Notes: generated by a model from the letters alone, not told the origin. A stretch of 64,000 nucleotides of DNA from Desulfobacterales bacterium (GCA_963674885.2 CAXXEA010000003.1:3854984-3918983); one strand, 5' to 3'; shown: positions 9,392 through 19,479, counted from the stretch's first letter. Program-made: numbers and translations.

Positions 9392-10737
9392 TAATTTTGT
9401 TTCCCTTCAACACGGCAGAGCAGGGTGCCGGCAGACAGCTGAATTTCAACGTGTTGGTCGATCATGACGGATTTGGACGTTTTTACGACCTGTTTTTCGG
9501 GGAGCGAACGAACAATGCTATAGCCCCGCTTCAACACATTCAAAGGGTTTAACGCCACCAGCTGTAATGTCAAGGCTTGCTTTTGAGTCTGATTTTTACT
9601 GATTTTTATTTCCATTGTTTTTATTATGTTAGAGTCTAATTGTTGAAGTTTTTGTCGATAATAAAGCAGTTTCTCTTGAATGGGAATTCTGTATAAAAGG
9701 GTTATGAAGTGGTCCAGCGCAGCGCGTTTATTTTCAATTTTGTAGTGAAAACGTCGCAACAACTGCTGATTGATGTGATCCAGTTTGAGGCGCAACTCCT
9801 GAATCTGTCGTTTGGGGTCGCGCAGACGACGCGCAAGACGGTTCAGCGTGGATCGGTAATGCGTGATGTCAGAACCGATCTGTCGTGTCAGGCGAGATGT
9901 CATTTCCTGAATTTTCTGGTGGAGGTGGTGCTTTTCCGGTACGGCCATTTCAGCTGCCGCCGATGGTGTGGGAGCCCGTAGGTCCGCCACAAAATCGGCG
10001 ATGGTGAAGTCGGTTTCGTGACCGACTGCTGAAACAATCGGTACCATCGAATGAAAAATAGCCCGGGCAAGGCGCTCCGAATTAAATGGCTGCAAATCCT
10101 CCAGAGAACCGCCACCCCGCGCTAAAATGGCAATTTCAGCATCCGACTGCCGGTTGAGGACGTCGATGGCGGCAATGATGTCGTTTTCGGCTGTGTCACC
10201 TTGCACACGCGTCGGAATCACCACGATGGGCATGTTGGGGAACCGCCGTTGAATAATCTGGATCGTGTCGTGCACCACGGCACCGGTTGGCGAAGTGATA
10301 ATATGGATTTTGCGCGGCAGTGCCGGTAGTTTTTTTTTATGATGCGCCGCGAATAAGCCTTCGTCTTCAAGACGCGTTTTCATTTGATCGAAGGCCAGCT
10401 GAAGGGCGCCGATCCCTTTCGGTTCCAGATGTTCGAATAAAATTTGATAGGTTCCGCGGGGTTCGTATACCGACAAACGTCCCAGGCCGACAACGGCTAA
10501 GCCGTTTTCAATACGATATTTCAGCCGCTTGGCCGGGCCTTTGAAAATGACGGCGCTGATCTGAGCCTGCTGGTCTTTGAGCGTAAAATAATGATGACCG
10601 GATACCGGTGTTCTCAAATTTGATATTTCACCGGAAAGCCAGACCAGGGGGAATTCTTGCTCCAGAAGGGTCTTTATGCACCGCGTAAGTTCCGATACGG
10701 TGTAAATGGTGGGTGAATGATCGTCAAAAGGAACCAA
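9391..10737 (-). CDS. xseA: Exodeoxyribonuclease VII large subunit
   Basis: 448 aa with an OB-fold-like N-terminus (GEISNLRTPVSGHHYFTLKD), LARGGGSLEDLQPFN and a long helical C-terminus. Apparent TTG start. Confidence 0.9.
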   Translation of the reverse strand: MVPFDDHSPTIYTVSELTRCIKTLLEQEFPLVWLSGEISNLRTPVSGHHYFTLKDQQAQISAVIFKGPAKRLKYRIENGLAVVGLGRLSVYEPRGTYQILFEHLEPKGIGALQLAFDQMKTRLEDEGLFAAHHKKKLPALPRKIHIITSPTGAVVHDTIQIIQRRFPNMPIVVIPTRVQGDTAENDIIAAIDVLNRQSDAEIAILARGGGSLEDLQPFNSERLARAIFHSMVPIVSAVGHETDFTIADFVADLRAPTPSAAAEMAVPEKHHLHQKIQEMTSRLTRQIGSDITHYRSTLNRLARRLRDPKRQIQELRLKLDHINQQLLRRFHYKIENKRAALDHFITLLYRIPIQEKLLYYRQKLQQLDSNIIKTMEIKISKNQTQKQALTLQLVALNPLNVLKRGYSIVRSLPEKQVVKTSKSVMIDQHVEIQLSAGTLLCRVEGKQN

Positions 10738-10781
10738 GGCGATTTACCTTTTACGTCTGATAAGATATATTATGTAAACTT

Positions 10782-11120
10782 TTAGGTGGACGACTCTGTT
10801 TTGATCGGGTCTCTTTTGGGAAATAAGCTGTCCGCTTCCGCATATTGGCTCAAGTGGTCACGTACTGCCGGCAGCATGAATATGTCACCGCATGGCAGCC
10901 CGGATAAGAATTCTGAAAGGATCTCGATTTTTTTTCGCAGACTTTTATGCTTATCGATCAGGAACAACGATTTTCCTTTTACCTTGCACAACCCGCTGAC
11001 AGCGCTTACCCCGGTCGCTCGAAAATTCTGTTCGGTGACCTCTATTCCCAGTTTTTCAGCAAGATCCTTCAACTCCTGGTACAATCGATCAGCTTTCATA
11101 GGCGTACGAATCTTTCTCAA
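10782..11120 (-). CDS. Hypothetical small protein
   Basis: 112-aa ORF in a gene-sized gap. No motif recognised. TTG start at 11120, with an alternative ATG at 11099. Confidence 0.45.
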   Translation of the reverse strand: MRKIRTPMKADRLYQELKDLAEKLGIEVTEQNFRATGVSAVSGLCKVKGKSLFLIDKHKSLRKKIEILSEFLSGLPCGDIFMLPAVRDHLSQYAEADSLFPKRDPIKTESST

Positions 11121-11164
11121 GATGTCCTTTTGATTTTAGATCCTCACCAAGACGCTTTCATGAA

Positions 11165-11192
11165 TTGAAATCCTAAACGGATGTGTTATATT
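11165..11192 (+). promoter_or_regulatory. Candidate sigma70-type promoter for the BI-1/YccA gene
   Basis: TTGAAA at 11165-11170, a 16-nt spacer, then TGtTATATT (extended -10) ending at 11192. Lies about 40 nt upstream of the ATG at 11232. Confidence 0.3.
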
Positions 11193-11231
11193 CTGACAAC
11201 TTAAATTTTGACTTATTGCAAGGAGGATTCA

Positions 11232-11960
11232 ATGCAACGTTCCGTACCCATGCAAAATCAGGAAGCCATCACGCATGTTAATACGTTTGTGCGTAGTGTC
11301 TACAACTGGATGGCCGCCGGCTTGGCCGTTACCGGCGTCGTGGCTTACCTTTTTGCCCACAATGCCAATCTGTTTCAATTGATGTTTCAAGTCGTCGGCA
11401 ATCAAATGAAACCCACCATGCTGTTTTATGGGGCGATCATCGCCGAACTGGCCCTGGTCTTTTCCATCAGCGCCCGTGTACAGCGCATGCAGGCATCGAC
11501 CGCCACGGCCTTGTTCATCGCCTATGCCGCCCTTAACGGAGCGACGCTTAGTTCCATCTTTATCATCTTTACCCAGTCATCCATTGTCTCGACCTTTTTT
11601 ATCTGTGCCGGGACATTTCTGGCCTGCAGTATCTATGGATGGACCACCAAACGGGATTTGACCTCGCTGGGCGGGTTTATGATGATGGGATTGATCGGCA
11701 TCATCATCGCTTCCGTCGTCAATATGTTCCTGCGCAGCCCCGCCATGGCTATGATCGTGAGTTACGTCGGGGTGCTCGTTTTCGTGGGCCTGACAGCTTA
11801 CGATACCCAGAAGCTGAAGGCCATGGCCCTTTCGCAGCCGGCCGGCCTGGATGCAGGGGTCATCCGCAAAGGGTCGATTGTCGGTGCCTTGACGCTCTAT
11901 CTGGATTTCATCAACCTGTTTCTGATGCTGCTGTACATATTCGGCGGGCGCCGCGACTAG
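11232..11960 (+). CDS. Bax inhibitor-1/YccA family membrane protein
   Basis: About 7 TM helices, with an N-terminus (FVRSVYNWMAAGLAVTG) and C-terminal region typical of BI-1/YccA. I start it at ATG 11232, which has AGGAGG 5 nt upstream, rather than at the TTG at 11208. Confidence 0.85.
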   Translation: MQRSVPMQNQEAITHVNTFVRSVYNWMAAGLAVTGVVAYLFAHNANLFQLMFQVVGNQMKPTMLFYGAIIAELALVFSISARVQRMQASTATALFIAYAALNGATLSSIFIIFTQSSIVSTFFICAGTFLACSIYGWTTKRDLTSLGGFMMMGLIGIIIASVVNMFLRSPAMAMIVSYVGVLVFVGLTAYDTQKLKAMALSQPAGLDAGVIRKGSIVGALTLYLDFINLFLMLLYIFGGRRD

Positions 11961-11982
11961 CGGCCGCGTCTGAAATTTCAAG

Positions 11983-12025
11983 CCCCCTGCCCCGATCACT
12001 TAGATCGAGGGCAGGGGGTTTTTAT
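11983..12025 (+). terminator. Rho-independent terminator after the BI-1/YccA gene
   Basis: Perfect 10-bp stem (ccccctgccc / gggcaggggg) with a 16-nt loop, followed by tttttat. Confidence 0.75.
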
Positions 12026-12061
12026 CGTTTCAGCTTTAAGTTCTCCAGCTTGGCGTTTGTA

Positions 12062-12202
12062 GAAGCAATCCCAAAATTAGGATTTTCGCCCGAGATCAAG
12101 GCAAAGTCGAGAGCCAACCCGCAGGCATACTCCAGTATGTCGAGGACTTGGGGCGAGGCTTTAACGCAGATATCGGGTGAAAAGACAATTTTGAGATGCT
12201 TC
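12062..12202. repeat. Long imperfect palindrome element, copy B1 (141 nt, TA-flanked)
   Basis: The arms GAAGCAATCCCAAAATTAGGATTTTCGCCCGAGATC and the reverse complement of GATATCGGGTGAAAAGACAATTTTGAGATGCTTC pair with each other. Core words are shared with the four other copies. TA lies at 12060-61 and 12203-04. Confidence 0.85.
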
Positions 12203-13557
12203 TATTGGCCGATGGCGTCAGCAATGGCAATGGCAATGTTCTGGGCACTCTGTTCCGCGGCCTCTTTAGTGGGGCCTTCCACCATCACACGACAGATCTG
12301 CTGCGTACCGGAATAGCGCACCAGCACCCTCCCCCGATCCCCAAGCTTTTGCTCCTCCTCCCGAATGGTATCCGTGACAGGGACAAGTGTCGCGATTGCC
12401 GGCTTTTCGTTGACAGGCACATTGATCAATGTTTGCGGGTAGACCGTCATGAACCTCGCCATGGCCGACAACGATCGGTCTTCCTCTTTCATCGCTTCGA
12501 CCAGCTTAAGAGCACTCAACAGCCCGTCACCCGTCGTGTGGTAGGCGCGGTAGATAATATGCCCTGAATCTTCACCACCGAGAGCGGCTTCGCAGTCCGT
12601 CATTTTTTCAATGACATGGCGATCGCCCACATCGCTGGCAAAGTGTCGGATGCCGATGGATTGAAGGCATTCTTTGAGCCCTATATTGCTCATCACGGTT
12701 GAAACCAGCACGTTATTCCACAACTGTCCGCGGCCGTAAAGAAACCGGGCTCCAATAGCCAGGAGTTGGTCGCCGGTAATGACAGTGCCGGATTCATCGA
12801 CGGCAATCATGCGATCGACATCACCATCGAATGCCAACCCCAGATCCGCACCGATTTCAAGCACTTTGCGGCACAGTGTTACGGGGTGTTCAGAACCGCA
12901 CTCGTGATTGATATTGGTTCCATTCGGCTGGTTGCTCAACACCGTCAAATCAGCCCCCAGTGTATCAAAAAGGTTGGGAGCAATGGCTGAAGCAGCACCG
13001 TTCGAGCAATCCAGCACAATTTTCATACCGTTCAGATTGAAATCTGCAGGGATGGATCGAAGCAGAAAGGACAGATACTGCTTGCGGGAACCCTTCATGG
13101 TTTGAATGGACCCCACCTGATAACCCAACGCATCCTTCAAACCTTCAGATGGATCCTCCCGAATTAGGGTTTCAATCTGGGTTTCTTCCCGATCAGAAAG
13201 TTTTACGCCTTCTTGGTTGAATAGTTTGATGCCGTTATCTTCATACGGGTTGTGGGAGGCCGAGATGACCACTCCGGCCGCGGCACCTTGATGTCGCGTT
13301 AAAAAAGCAACACCGGGGGTTGGAATAATCCTGCTCAGCAATACATTTGTACCGGCCGAGCAAATACCGGCCGCTACAGCGGCTTCCAGCATTTTACCCG
13401 AACGCCGGGTGTCCCGCCCGATGATAATGGGAGGTCCGCCGTTGGCATCCCCGAAAATAATGCCAATGGCGCGACCAATGCGCACCGCCATTTCAGGTGT
13501 CAGCGGGTATTGGTTCGCCCGACCGCGTATGCCGTCCGTGCCGAAAAATTCGCCCAT
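12202..13557 (-). CDS. glmM: Phosphoglucosamine mutase
   Basis: 451 aa with the phosphoserine loop VISASHNPYEDNGIKLF and the metal loop FDGDVDRMIAVD. Confidence 0.95.
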   Translation of the reverse strand: MGEFFGTDGIRGRANQYPLTPEMAVRIGRAIGIIFGDANGGPPIIIGRDTRRSGKMLEAAVAAGICSAGTNVLLSRIIPTPGVAFLTRHQGAAAGVVISASHNPYEDNGIKLFNQEGVKLSDREETQIETLIREDPSEGLKDALGYQVGSIQTMKGSRKQYLSFLLRSIPADFNLNGMKIVLDCSNGAASAIAPNLFDTLGADLTVLSNQPNGTNINHECGSEHPVTLCRKVLEIGADLGLAFDGDVDRMIAVDESGTVITGDQLLAIGARFLYGRGQLWNNVLVSTVMSNIGLKECLQSIGIRHFASDVGDRHVIEKMTDCEAALGGEDSGHIIYRAYHTTGDGLLSALKLVEAMKEEDRSLSAMARFMTVYPQTLINVPVNEKPAIATLVPVTDTIREEEQKLGDRGRVLVRYSGTQQICRVMVEGPTKEAAEQSAQNIAIAIADAIGQ

Positions 13558-13636
13558 AGCCCCCCGTTATCCTTTATCTATTATCGGTAGAATCAGTCGC
13601 GTTAAACTATGATTGCGTGGAGGGATTAGAATCAGA

Positions 13637-14806
13637 CTAACTCGCAAAACCACCATCTGATACCACTCTGTCAACAACGCCCTGAAGCCAAAGGGTCCCG
13701 ATCTGGGTAGTTTCATACGGCAGCGCCTTGATCGTTTCGACGTAGTTATCATGTTGTGATTTGAACAGTTCCAATTGGTGCATGAATTGGTCCCGCAGTT
13801 CTATATCCCCCAAATCTTGATCCCGCTTATGATATTGCTGCTCAAAAACACTATACTGGTCCGCAAGTGTCAATTCACCTATTCCATTTATATAGGCTCT
13901 AAGCCTCTTAAACCGTTCATCCATCCCCAGATCAAGCGTTTTGATAAGTCCCTGCCAAAGGGCTTCCGGAAAACGACTGGAAATGAATATCCGGCGTATA
14001 TGGCGATACCACTCTCTCAAAGCGAAAAGGTTGCCGATGTAAATCAGATTATTCTTGAGGATTCTATTGGAAACGCCGATGCTCCCAGCCTTCCAGGGAA
14101 TACTGCCCCCCTTCCCTGCCCCACCTATAATCAAATGATCAGGTTTGAGCTGATCTTTGCGAACAATTGTCCCGGCGGCACTCACGGTACCGTAAGCAAT
14201 CCGGCATGGGCCCACAAGACCGCCCTGCCCGCCCATGAAAATCGGGCGCTGGTTCATCATCACGCCATTCGGCACATCGCCCAAAAGAGAGGGCGTGGCT
14301 TTGTCCTGATTGGGGGTAAAATTAAAATGAATGAACGAACTTCCCACTTCACTATGATCCTCGCGGCTGGTACCGCCGGCCATCATACCGTCACAGAAAT
14401 TGATCAAGCTACCGAGGGTCACAAAAGGCATGAGAATGGTTTGTTTCAAACCAACACAATGCGCGGTGCTGGCCTGCTCCTCAAGAATAGTCCCTTCCCG
14501 CACGTGTGCTCCATAGCCGAGTGATGCGCCTTCCAGAAAAACTGCATTTTTGAAATAGCCGGCTTTTAATTGGACGCCCGGTCCAACATAACAGTCCTGA
14601 ATTGTCACGGGCCCCTCACGACCGATATCACAATTTTGGGAAATCATCGTTTGATCCCCGAAGAGCTTGGTCCCGGAATGGAGGAGGACGCCGCCTGACA
14701 GTCGATCGAGATTGACATGCGTTTCGATTTCAACGGTTTCAGGTGTGGGGATAATAACACCTCGTTGTTGCAATATTTCCACTCTGTGACGACGTGTTTG
14801 ATTCAT
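13637..14806 (-). CDS. Left-handed beta-helix (hexapeptide-repeat) protein, GlmU C-terminal-like, function uncertain
   Basis: Hexapeptide-type repeats run through residues ~25-270, followed by a ~120-aa helical tail. Started at ATG 14806 (MNQTRRH) because the longer ORF up to 14992 overlaps the upstream CapD-like gene. Confidence 0.5.
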   Translation of the reverse strand: MNQTRRHRVEILQQRGVIIPTPETVEIETHVNLDRLSGGVLLHSGTKLFGDQTMISQNCDIGREGPVTIQDCYVGPGVQLKAGYFKNAVFLEGASLGYGAHVREGTILEEQASTAHCVGLKQTILMPFVTLGSLINFCDGMMAGGTSREDHSEVGSSFIHFNFTPNQDKATPSLLGDVPNGVMMNQRPIFMGGQGGLVGPCRIAYGTVSAAGTIVRKDQLKPDHLIIGGAGKGGSIPWKAGSIGVSNRILKNNLIYIGNLFALREWYRHIRRIFISSRFPEALWQGLIKTLDLGMDERFKRLRAYINGIGELTLADQYSVFEQQYHKRDQDLGDIELRDQFMHQLELFKSQHDNYVETIKALPYETTQIGTLWLQGVVDRVVSDGGFAS

Positions 14807-14828
14807 TCGTCCGGTATCCTGTGAAGAT

Positions 14829-16784
14829 TTAGCTATTGGCACTATAGGGAGTCTGCAATGCGGCTTTTTCATCCGATTGGATGGTTGGATGGTATTCTGG
14901 AACCATTTTGACAAACTGCCTGCGAATTCCTTCTGCATCATGAACTTTAGCCAGTTTAGTAAGGGTTGCAATCTGGTCCGACAACGCTTCAAGATTGCAA
15001 CTCTCGCTGCTCAGCACCATGATTTTTTTATGCTGCGTGGGCAAAATCCCCTCGCCATCCGTAATCAATTCTTCATAAAGTTTTTCGCCTGGCCTCAGGC
15101 CGATATATTGAATGTCGATATCGACACCCGGTTCAAACCCCGACAACCGTATCAGGTCACGCGCCATATCATCTATCTTAATCGCTGTTCCCATATCGAG
15201 AATATAGGTTTCACCACCGTTGCCCATCGCCCCGGTTTGCAATATCAACTGGCAAGCCTCGGGAATTGTCATGAAGTAACGGGTAACTTCCGGATGGGTT
15301 ACCGTCACGGGACCACCCTGTGCGATTTGTTTTTTGAATAAGGGGATAACACTGCCGACACTGCCAAATACATTGCCAAACCGGACTATCATATATTTTG
15401 TCCTGACACCGGGATATTCCTTCTGGCACTGGATCATCAATTCAGCGATTCGCTTACTTGCCCCCATAATATTGGTTGGGCGAACCGCTTTATCGGTCGA
15501 AACGAATACAAAACGGGCTGTTTTATGCTCACGGGCAGCTGCAATTACCCGAGTTGTGCCAATGATATTATTTTCTATGGCCCGCCAGGGTTGCAACTCC
15601 AGCATGGGGACATGTTTGTATGCCGCGGCATGGAAAACGGTATAGGGTCTGTATTGCCCAAAGGTACGGCGGAGTAATGTTTCATCAAGGATGTCCCCAA
15701 GGATTGGTATGGTGTTGATTTCAGGATAAAGGCGTTTGAGTTCCAGTTCGATTTCATAGAGGGGGCTTTCCGCTCTTTCGAATAGAATGATACTCTCCGG
15801 ATTAAATCGTGAAATCTGTCGGCATAGCTCAGATCCGATCGAACCGCCGGCCCCTGTTACCAGAATGGTTGTATTTTTCAGGTATGCACCGATCCGTTCT
15901 TCCTCAAGATGGACGGTTTCTCTCCGCATCAAGTCTCGATAATCAACTTCCCGGATAGAATTAATCGACACGCGGCCGTCGATCAATTCGCCATAACCAG
16001 GTATGGTTTTGAACGGCAACCCAGTTTTTTTGCACTTATCGACAACATTGCGCATTACCGTTGAACTGGCCGAGGGTATCGCAATAAGAAGTTCATCAGC
16101 TTTCAAACGCTTGGCCGTCGACTCAAGCTCATCAATGTACCCGAGGACCGGAATGCCGTGTATTTTTAAGCCTCTTTTGGCAGGGTTGTCATCCATGAAA
16201 CCGATAACTTTGTAACGAAGAGAGGTATTGTTGTGTATTTCACGAAAAATTTTTTCTCCACAGTTTCCGGCACCAATAATGAGCAGTTTTTTCTGACCGA
16301 TTTCTTTTTTGCCCAACAAGCTAAAGAAGCCCGGTGATAAGCGACCGGATCGGATATCTTCAAAATAATCGTAATACAAACGCACCGCCAGCCTAAACAA
16401 TGCAACGAGGAAAATCGTAAAGCACCAGTCAATGATAAAAACCGACCGGGAAAAGCCTTCGAATCGAGAGCTGTCAAAACGGGTGCTGTAAAGAATGACG
16501 GCAATGACCGCTAATGAACTCAGACTGGTGGCCTTGATAATATTAAAAAGATCGGAAAGTCCGGTGTAGCGCCACATGCCGCGATACAGATCGAACCAAT
16601 AAAAAAGGACCAGTTTAATAAAAATGACAACCGGCAGAATCCGCCAGAAAACCGATAAGAAATGATTAGGAATATTGAAATCAAATCGAACCAGATGCGC
16701 ACAATAAAAAGCAGCGGAAAATATGAGGACATCCACTGCCATCACGCTCACGAGGTTGCGATAAAGAAACAGTTTATTTTTCAT
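14829..16784 (-). CDS. CapD/WbpM/PglF-family membrane-anchored nucleotide-sugar 4,6-dehydratase
   Basis: 651 aa. Four N-terminal TM helices, then two Rossmann segments (LIIGAGNCGEKI and ILVTGAGGSIGSELCRQI). Collinear with CapD-type polysaccharide biosynthesis proteins. Confidence 0.9.
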   Translation of the reverse strand: MKNKLFLYRNLVSVMAVDVLIFSAAFYCAHLVRFDFNIPNHFLSVFWRILPVVIFIKLVLFYWFDLYRGMWRYTGLSDLFNIIKATSLSSLAVIAVILYSTRFDSSRFEGFSRSVFIIDWCFTIFLVALFRLAVRLYYDYFEDIRSGRLSPGFFSLLGKKEIGQKKLLIIGAGNCGEKIFREIHNNTSLRYKVIGFMDDNPAKRGLKIHGIPVLGYIDELESTAKRLKADELLIAIPSASSTVMRNVVDKCKKTGLPFKTIPGYGELIDGRVSINSIREVDYRDLMRRETVHLEEERIGAYLKNTTILVTGAGGSIGSELCRQISRFNPESIILFERAESPLYEIELELKRLYPEINTIPILGDILDETLLRRTFGQYRPYTVFHAAAYKHVPMLELQPWRAIENNIIGTTRVIAAAREHKTARFVFVSTDKAVRPTNIMGASKRIAELMIQCQKEYPGVRTKYMIVRFGNVFGSVGSVIPLFKKQIAQGGPVTVTHPEVTRYFMTIPEACQLILQTGAMGNGGETYILDMGTAIKIDDMARDLIRLSGFEPGVDIDIQYIGLRPGEKLYEELITDGEGILPTQHKKIMVLSSESCNLEALSDQIATLTKLAKVHDAEGIRRQFVKMVPEYHPTIQSDEKAALQTPYSANS

Positions 16785-16789
16785 GATGG

Positions 16790-17785
16790 CTACAAAGACC
16801 CGGTAGAAGGCATCTGATCGGCCTTGCGGTGAAGAAAAACGCTGATAACAATGAAAAGTACCCCCATAACTGTCATACCGGTAATTAGCGCGGCCATGCT
16901 GATATTCTGAAGAACGATAGCGATCATACTAATCAAAATTTGTATGATGCCATAAATAGAAGAGACTTTCCAGTGAGGTAAACCCAATTCGTTGACCAGC
17001 ACCTGGTACAGATGTCGCCGGTGCGCAACCATTATAGGATCGCCTTGCGCAAAACGAATTCCAAAAGTTGTCGCTGCATCCGCATAGATGAGAAAGAAAA
17101 AAGCGATGCACGTCACAACGCCGAGAAGGGTCGTGTTGGATACCCAAACCATCGTTGCAAATAGAAACCCTAAGAACACGCTTCCCGCGTCTCCCATAAA
17201 AACTTTTGCATTCGGGATATTGAAAGGCAAAAAACCGATACATGCAAACACGACGCACAGGTCTACCACGATATAAGGCGTGGGTACCCCCTGTCGAATC
17301 CCGTAGACTGCCAAAAAACTAAACCCCACGGCCGCTGATATCCCGGCAATGCCATTGATGCCGTCCATGAAATTAAAGAAATTGGCGGTCCCGACAATAA
17401 ATAGTGCGCCTATTGCCAAGCCCAGCAACGGGTTCAATGCCACCGGTCCCCAAGAATTGTCTCCACCAATAAGAACAATCAGGGCGCAGGCAAAATGAAC
17501 CAGTAAACGCCAAGATTTTGACAACTCAATCCGATCATCGACGATGCCGGTCACAGATATGATCGTGGTTGGAAGCCACAACGTGATCGGGATGGCGTTT
17601 AGAAAACTGGCTGTGATAAAAGCAAGGAGGATGCCGACACCACCCCCTTTTGGTGTGGGGCGGTTATGTGAACTTCGGTAGCCAGGAAGATCCATCAAAC
17701 CATAGCTTCCGCCGATTTTAATCACCGACCAAGCTCCGACAGCTCCAAGGCATAGTGCTATCAGCAAATTGAAAAACCAGTTCAT
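16790..17785 (-). CDS. WecA/WbpL-type polyprenyl-phosphate HexNAc-1-phosphate transferase (MraY superfamily)
   Basis: 331 aa, about 10 TM helices, with the motifs VDDRIEL and NFFNFMDGINGIAG. Confidence 0.85.
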   Translation of the reverse strand: MNWFFNLLIALCLGAVGAWSVIKIGGSYGLMDLPGYRSSHNRPTPKGGGVGILLAFITASFLNAIPITLWLPTTIISVTGIVDDRIELSKSWRLLVHFACALIVLIGGDNSWGPVALNPLLGLAIGALFIVGTANFFNFMDGINGIAGISAAVGFSFLAVYGIRQGVPTPYIVVDLCVVFACIGFLPFNIPNAKVFMGDAGSVFLGFLFATMVWVSNTTLLGVVTCIAFFFLIYADAATTFGIRFAQGDPIMVAHRRHLYQVLVNELGLPHWKVSSIYGIIQILISMIAIVLQNISMAALITGMTVMGVLFIVISVFLHRKADQMPSTGSL

Positions 17786-17823
17786 TTAGCTCGAGTGCTT
17801 TTGAAATCCAGCGTTCTTATTGA

Positions 17824-18522
17824 TCAGAGGACAAACATCTCATCCGGCGCCATCGACATCCGCAGCATGTGAAACGCCTCGGCATATCCCATCCCGGCCT
17901 GACTTCCCCGAAACAAGGCCAGCGCCCTCAGGGCTTCAACCGACCTGGACTGGGGAAAGGTCTGCAATTGGCTTTGATAGCACTGCATGGCATCGATTTT
18001 GAGGTCGATGCAATCCGAGATGTCGACGCACCAGTTCGGCGTAAAATTCGGTTCGAGATGCGGCGCATTCCAATGGGTTTCCGAAATCGTCTCATACGCG
18101 GCGCAAATTTTGATATTACGCCCCACATCAACTGGACGCGATGCCACCATACAGGCTTCAAATATCAGTCGATGATCGACATGCCGGTCGACATATGGAA
18201 TCAACAGAATATCCGGTGAAACGCTTTTGACAATGTTGAACACCATGCCGTTGAATTCCGGCAGGTCGATTTTCCCCAATAGAACGGCGGGGTTGTCCAG
18301 GAAAATTGATTTTTTAACGCCCAGTAAGCGGTGTGCCTTTTTGGCTTCGGCAACCGTGCGTTCGTGAACCTCTTTGGTATAAAGGGGCGGCATGTGGGCG
18401 GCAATGGTGCCAACGGTAACATCTCCGCCCTGCTTAGCAAACCTTGCAATGGTGCCGGCCGTACCGAGCACCTCGTCGTCTGGATGCGGTGCGATAACCA
18501 ACAGCTGTGGTGTGTCTCTCAT
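17824..18522 (-). CDS. PIG-L/LmbE-family N-deacetylase
   Basis: 232 aa with VIAPHPDDEVLGTAGT and the HVDH zinc-site motif. Confidence 0.85.
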   Translation of the reverse strand: MRDTPQLLVIAPHPDDEVLGTAGTIARFAKQGGDVTVGTIAAHMPPLYTKEVHERTVAEAKKAHRLLGVKKSIFLDNPAVLLGKIDLPEFNGMVFNIVKSVSPDILLIPYVDRHVDHRLIFEACMVASRPVDVGRNIKICAAYETISETHWNAPHLEPNFTPNWCVDISDCIDLKIDAMQCYQSQLQTFPQSRSVEALRALALFRGSQAGMGYAEAFHMLRMSMAPDEMFVL

Positions 18523-18540
18523 GATATCACCCTTGTCCGT

Positions 18541-19479
18541 CTAATAAACATCGCTATCTCCTTGGCTAAAATGCCAGGGAATTTCTTTTAACGCTTTATC
18601 CGAGGCTATCGCAGGTTTAAAAAAGATAAATCGTTCCGGGTGCTCGAGCTTGAATCCGAAAGCGGTATAGACGGATTCATCAACGTGGCCTTCAGACATC
18701 CAGCATGTCAGGGTATCGGCACCCGAACGTGCGGCAAAGTCATGGCAGAACCGCAGCGCATCTTCCACAACAGAGGGCTGGGAATCTGCGACAAACAATT
18801 CGCAAATATGCGCCAGGCTATTTGTGCCATCGGAAAACAGCTTGAGGACGATTACGCCTTGATCGTCGCCAATCATAAATTGGCTATAAACGCTATCCGG
18901 CTTGCTGTAGCGCCAATTCAGGTAATCGGCATCACGGTGTACACCGACCGGGAAGGGGCAGCGGTTCCAGACCTCCGTTGCCCGGGAATCGAATGATTCG
19001 ACTTTCTGATAGACATTGCGAAAAGGCTTGAGGGCGCCCGAAGCGACCTTTATAAGGCGCAAGGGTACCCGCATTAATTCCGTCCATCCCGCCCGACGGA
19101 AGCTTTTTTCCGAATGCTGATTGGGGAGTATATAGGCGATTTCGCAGGCATCAGTCATGTCCTGCCAGCAACGAAAACCATGCTGGTGTGCAATGCCTTT
19201 TCCGCGATAGGCGGGCACTGTCATGATATCCACCATGGTGCGGCCTTTTCTAACCTCGCCTCGGACACGAATATTCCGTGGTAAGGTTGCAATCATGGAA
19301 ACAAGTCCCGCAGACGAGCGAATGACATAGACGTTTGCCGCTCCCAAAGGATTCTTAAAAAATTGCCACTCGACAAGGCTTTTCGAAGTGGGCACGTGGG
19401 GCATGCAGTGTTGTCGCAAGTCCACAATTTGTTCGATGTCTTCATGTGTGGCCAATTCAATTGTTGGGTTTTTCATCAC
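18541..19479 (-). CDS. GNAT-like N-acetyltransferase
   Basis: 312 aa. The segment MTVPAYRGKGIAHQ resembles the acetyl-CoA-binding R-x-x-G-x-G/A loop. Sits in sugar-modification context. Confidence 0.55.
   Translation of the reverse strand: MMKNPTIELATHEDIEQIVDLRQHCMPHVPTSKSLVEWQFFKNPLGAANVYVIRSSAGLVSMIATLPRNIRVRGEVRKGRTMVDIMTVPAYRGKGIAHQHGFRCWQDMTDACEIAYILPNQHSEKSFRRAGWTELMRVPLRLIKVASGALKPFRNVYQKVESFDSRATEVWNRCPFPVGVHRDADYLNWRYSKPDSVYSQFMIGDDQGVIVLKLFSDGTNSLAHICELFVADSQPSVVEDALRFCHDFAARSGADTLTCWMSEGHVDESVYTAFGFKLEHPERFIFFKPAIASDKALKEIPWHFSQGDSDVY

Noticed and set aside
14807-14992. Upstream extension of the beta-helix protein ORF
   Set aside because: It overlaps the 3' end of the CapD-like gene by more than 160 nt. 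The internal ATG at 14806 follows that gene's stop (14829) by 23 nt.
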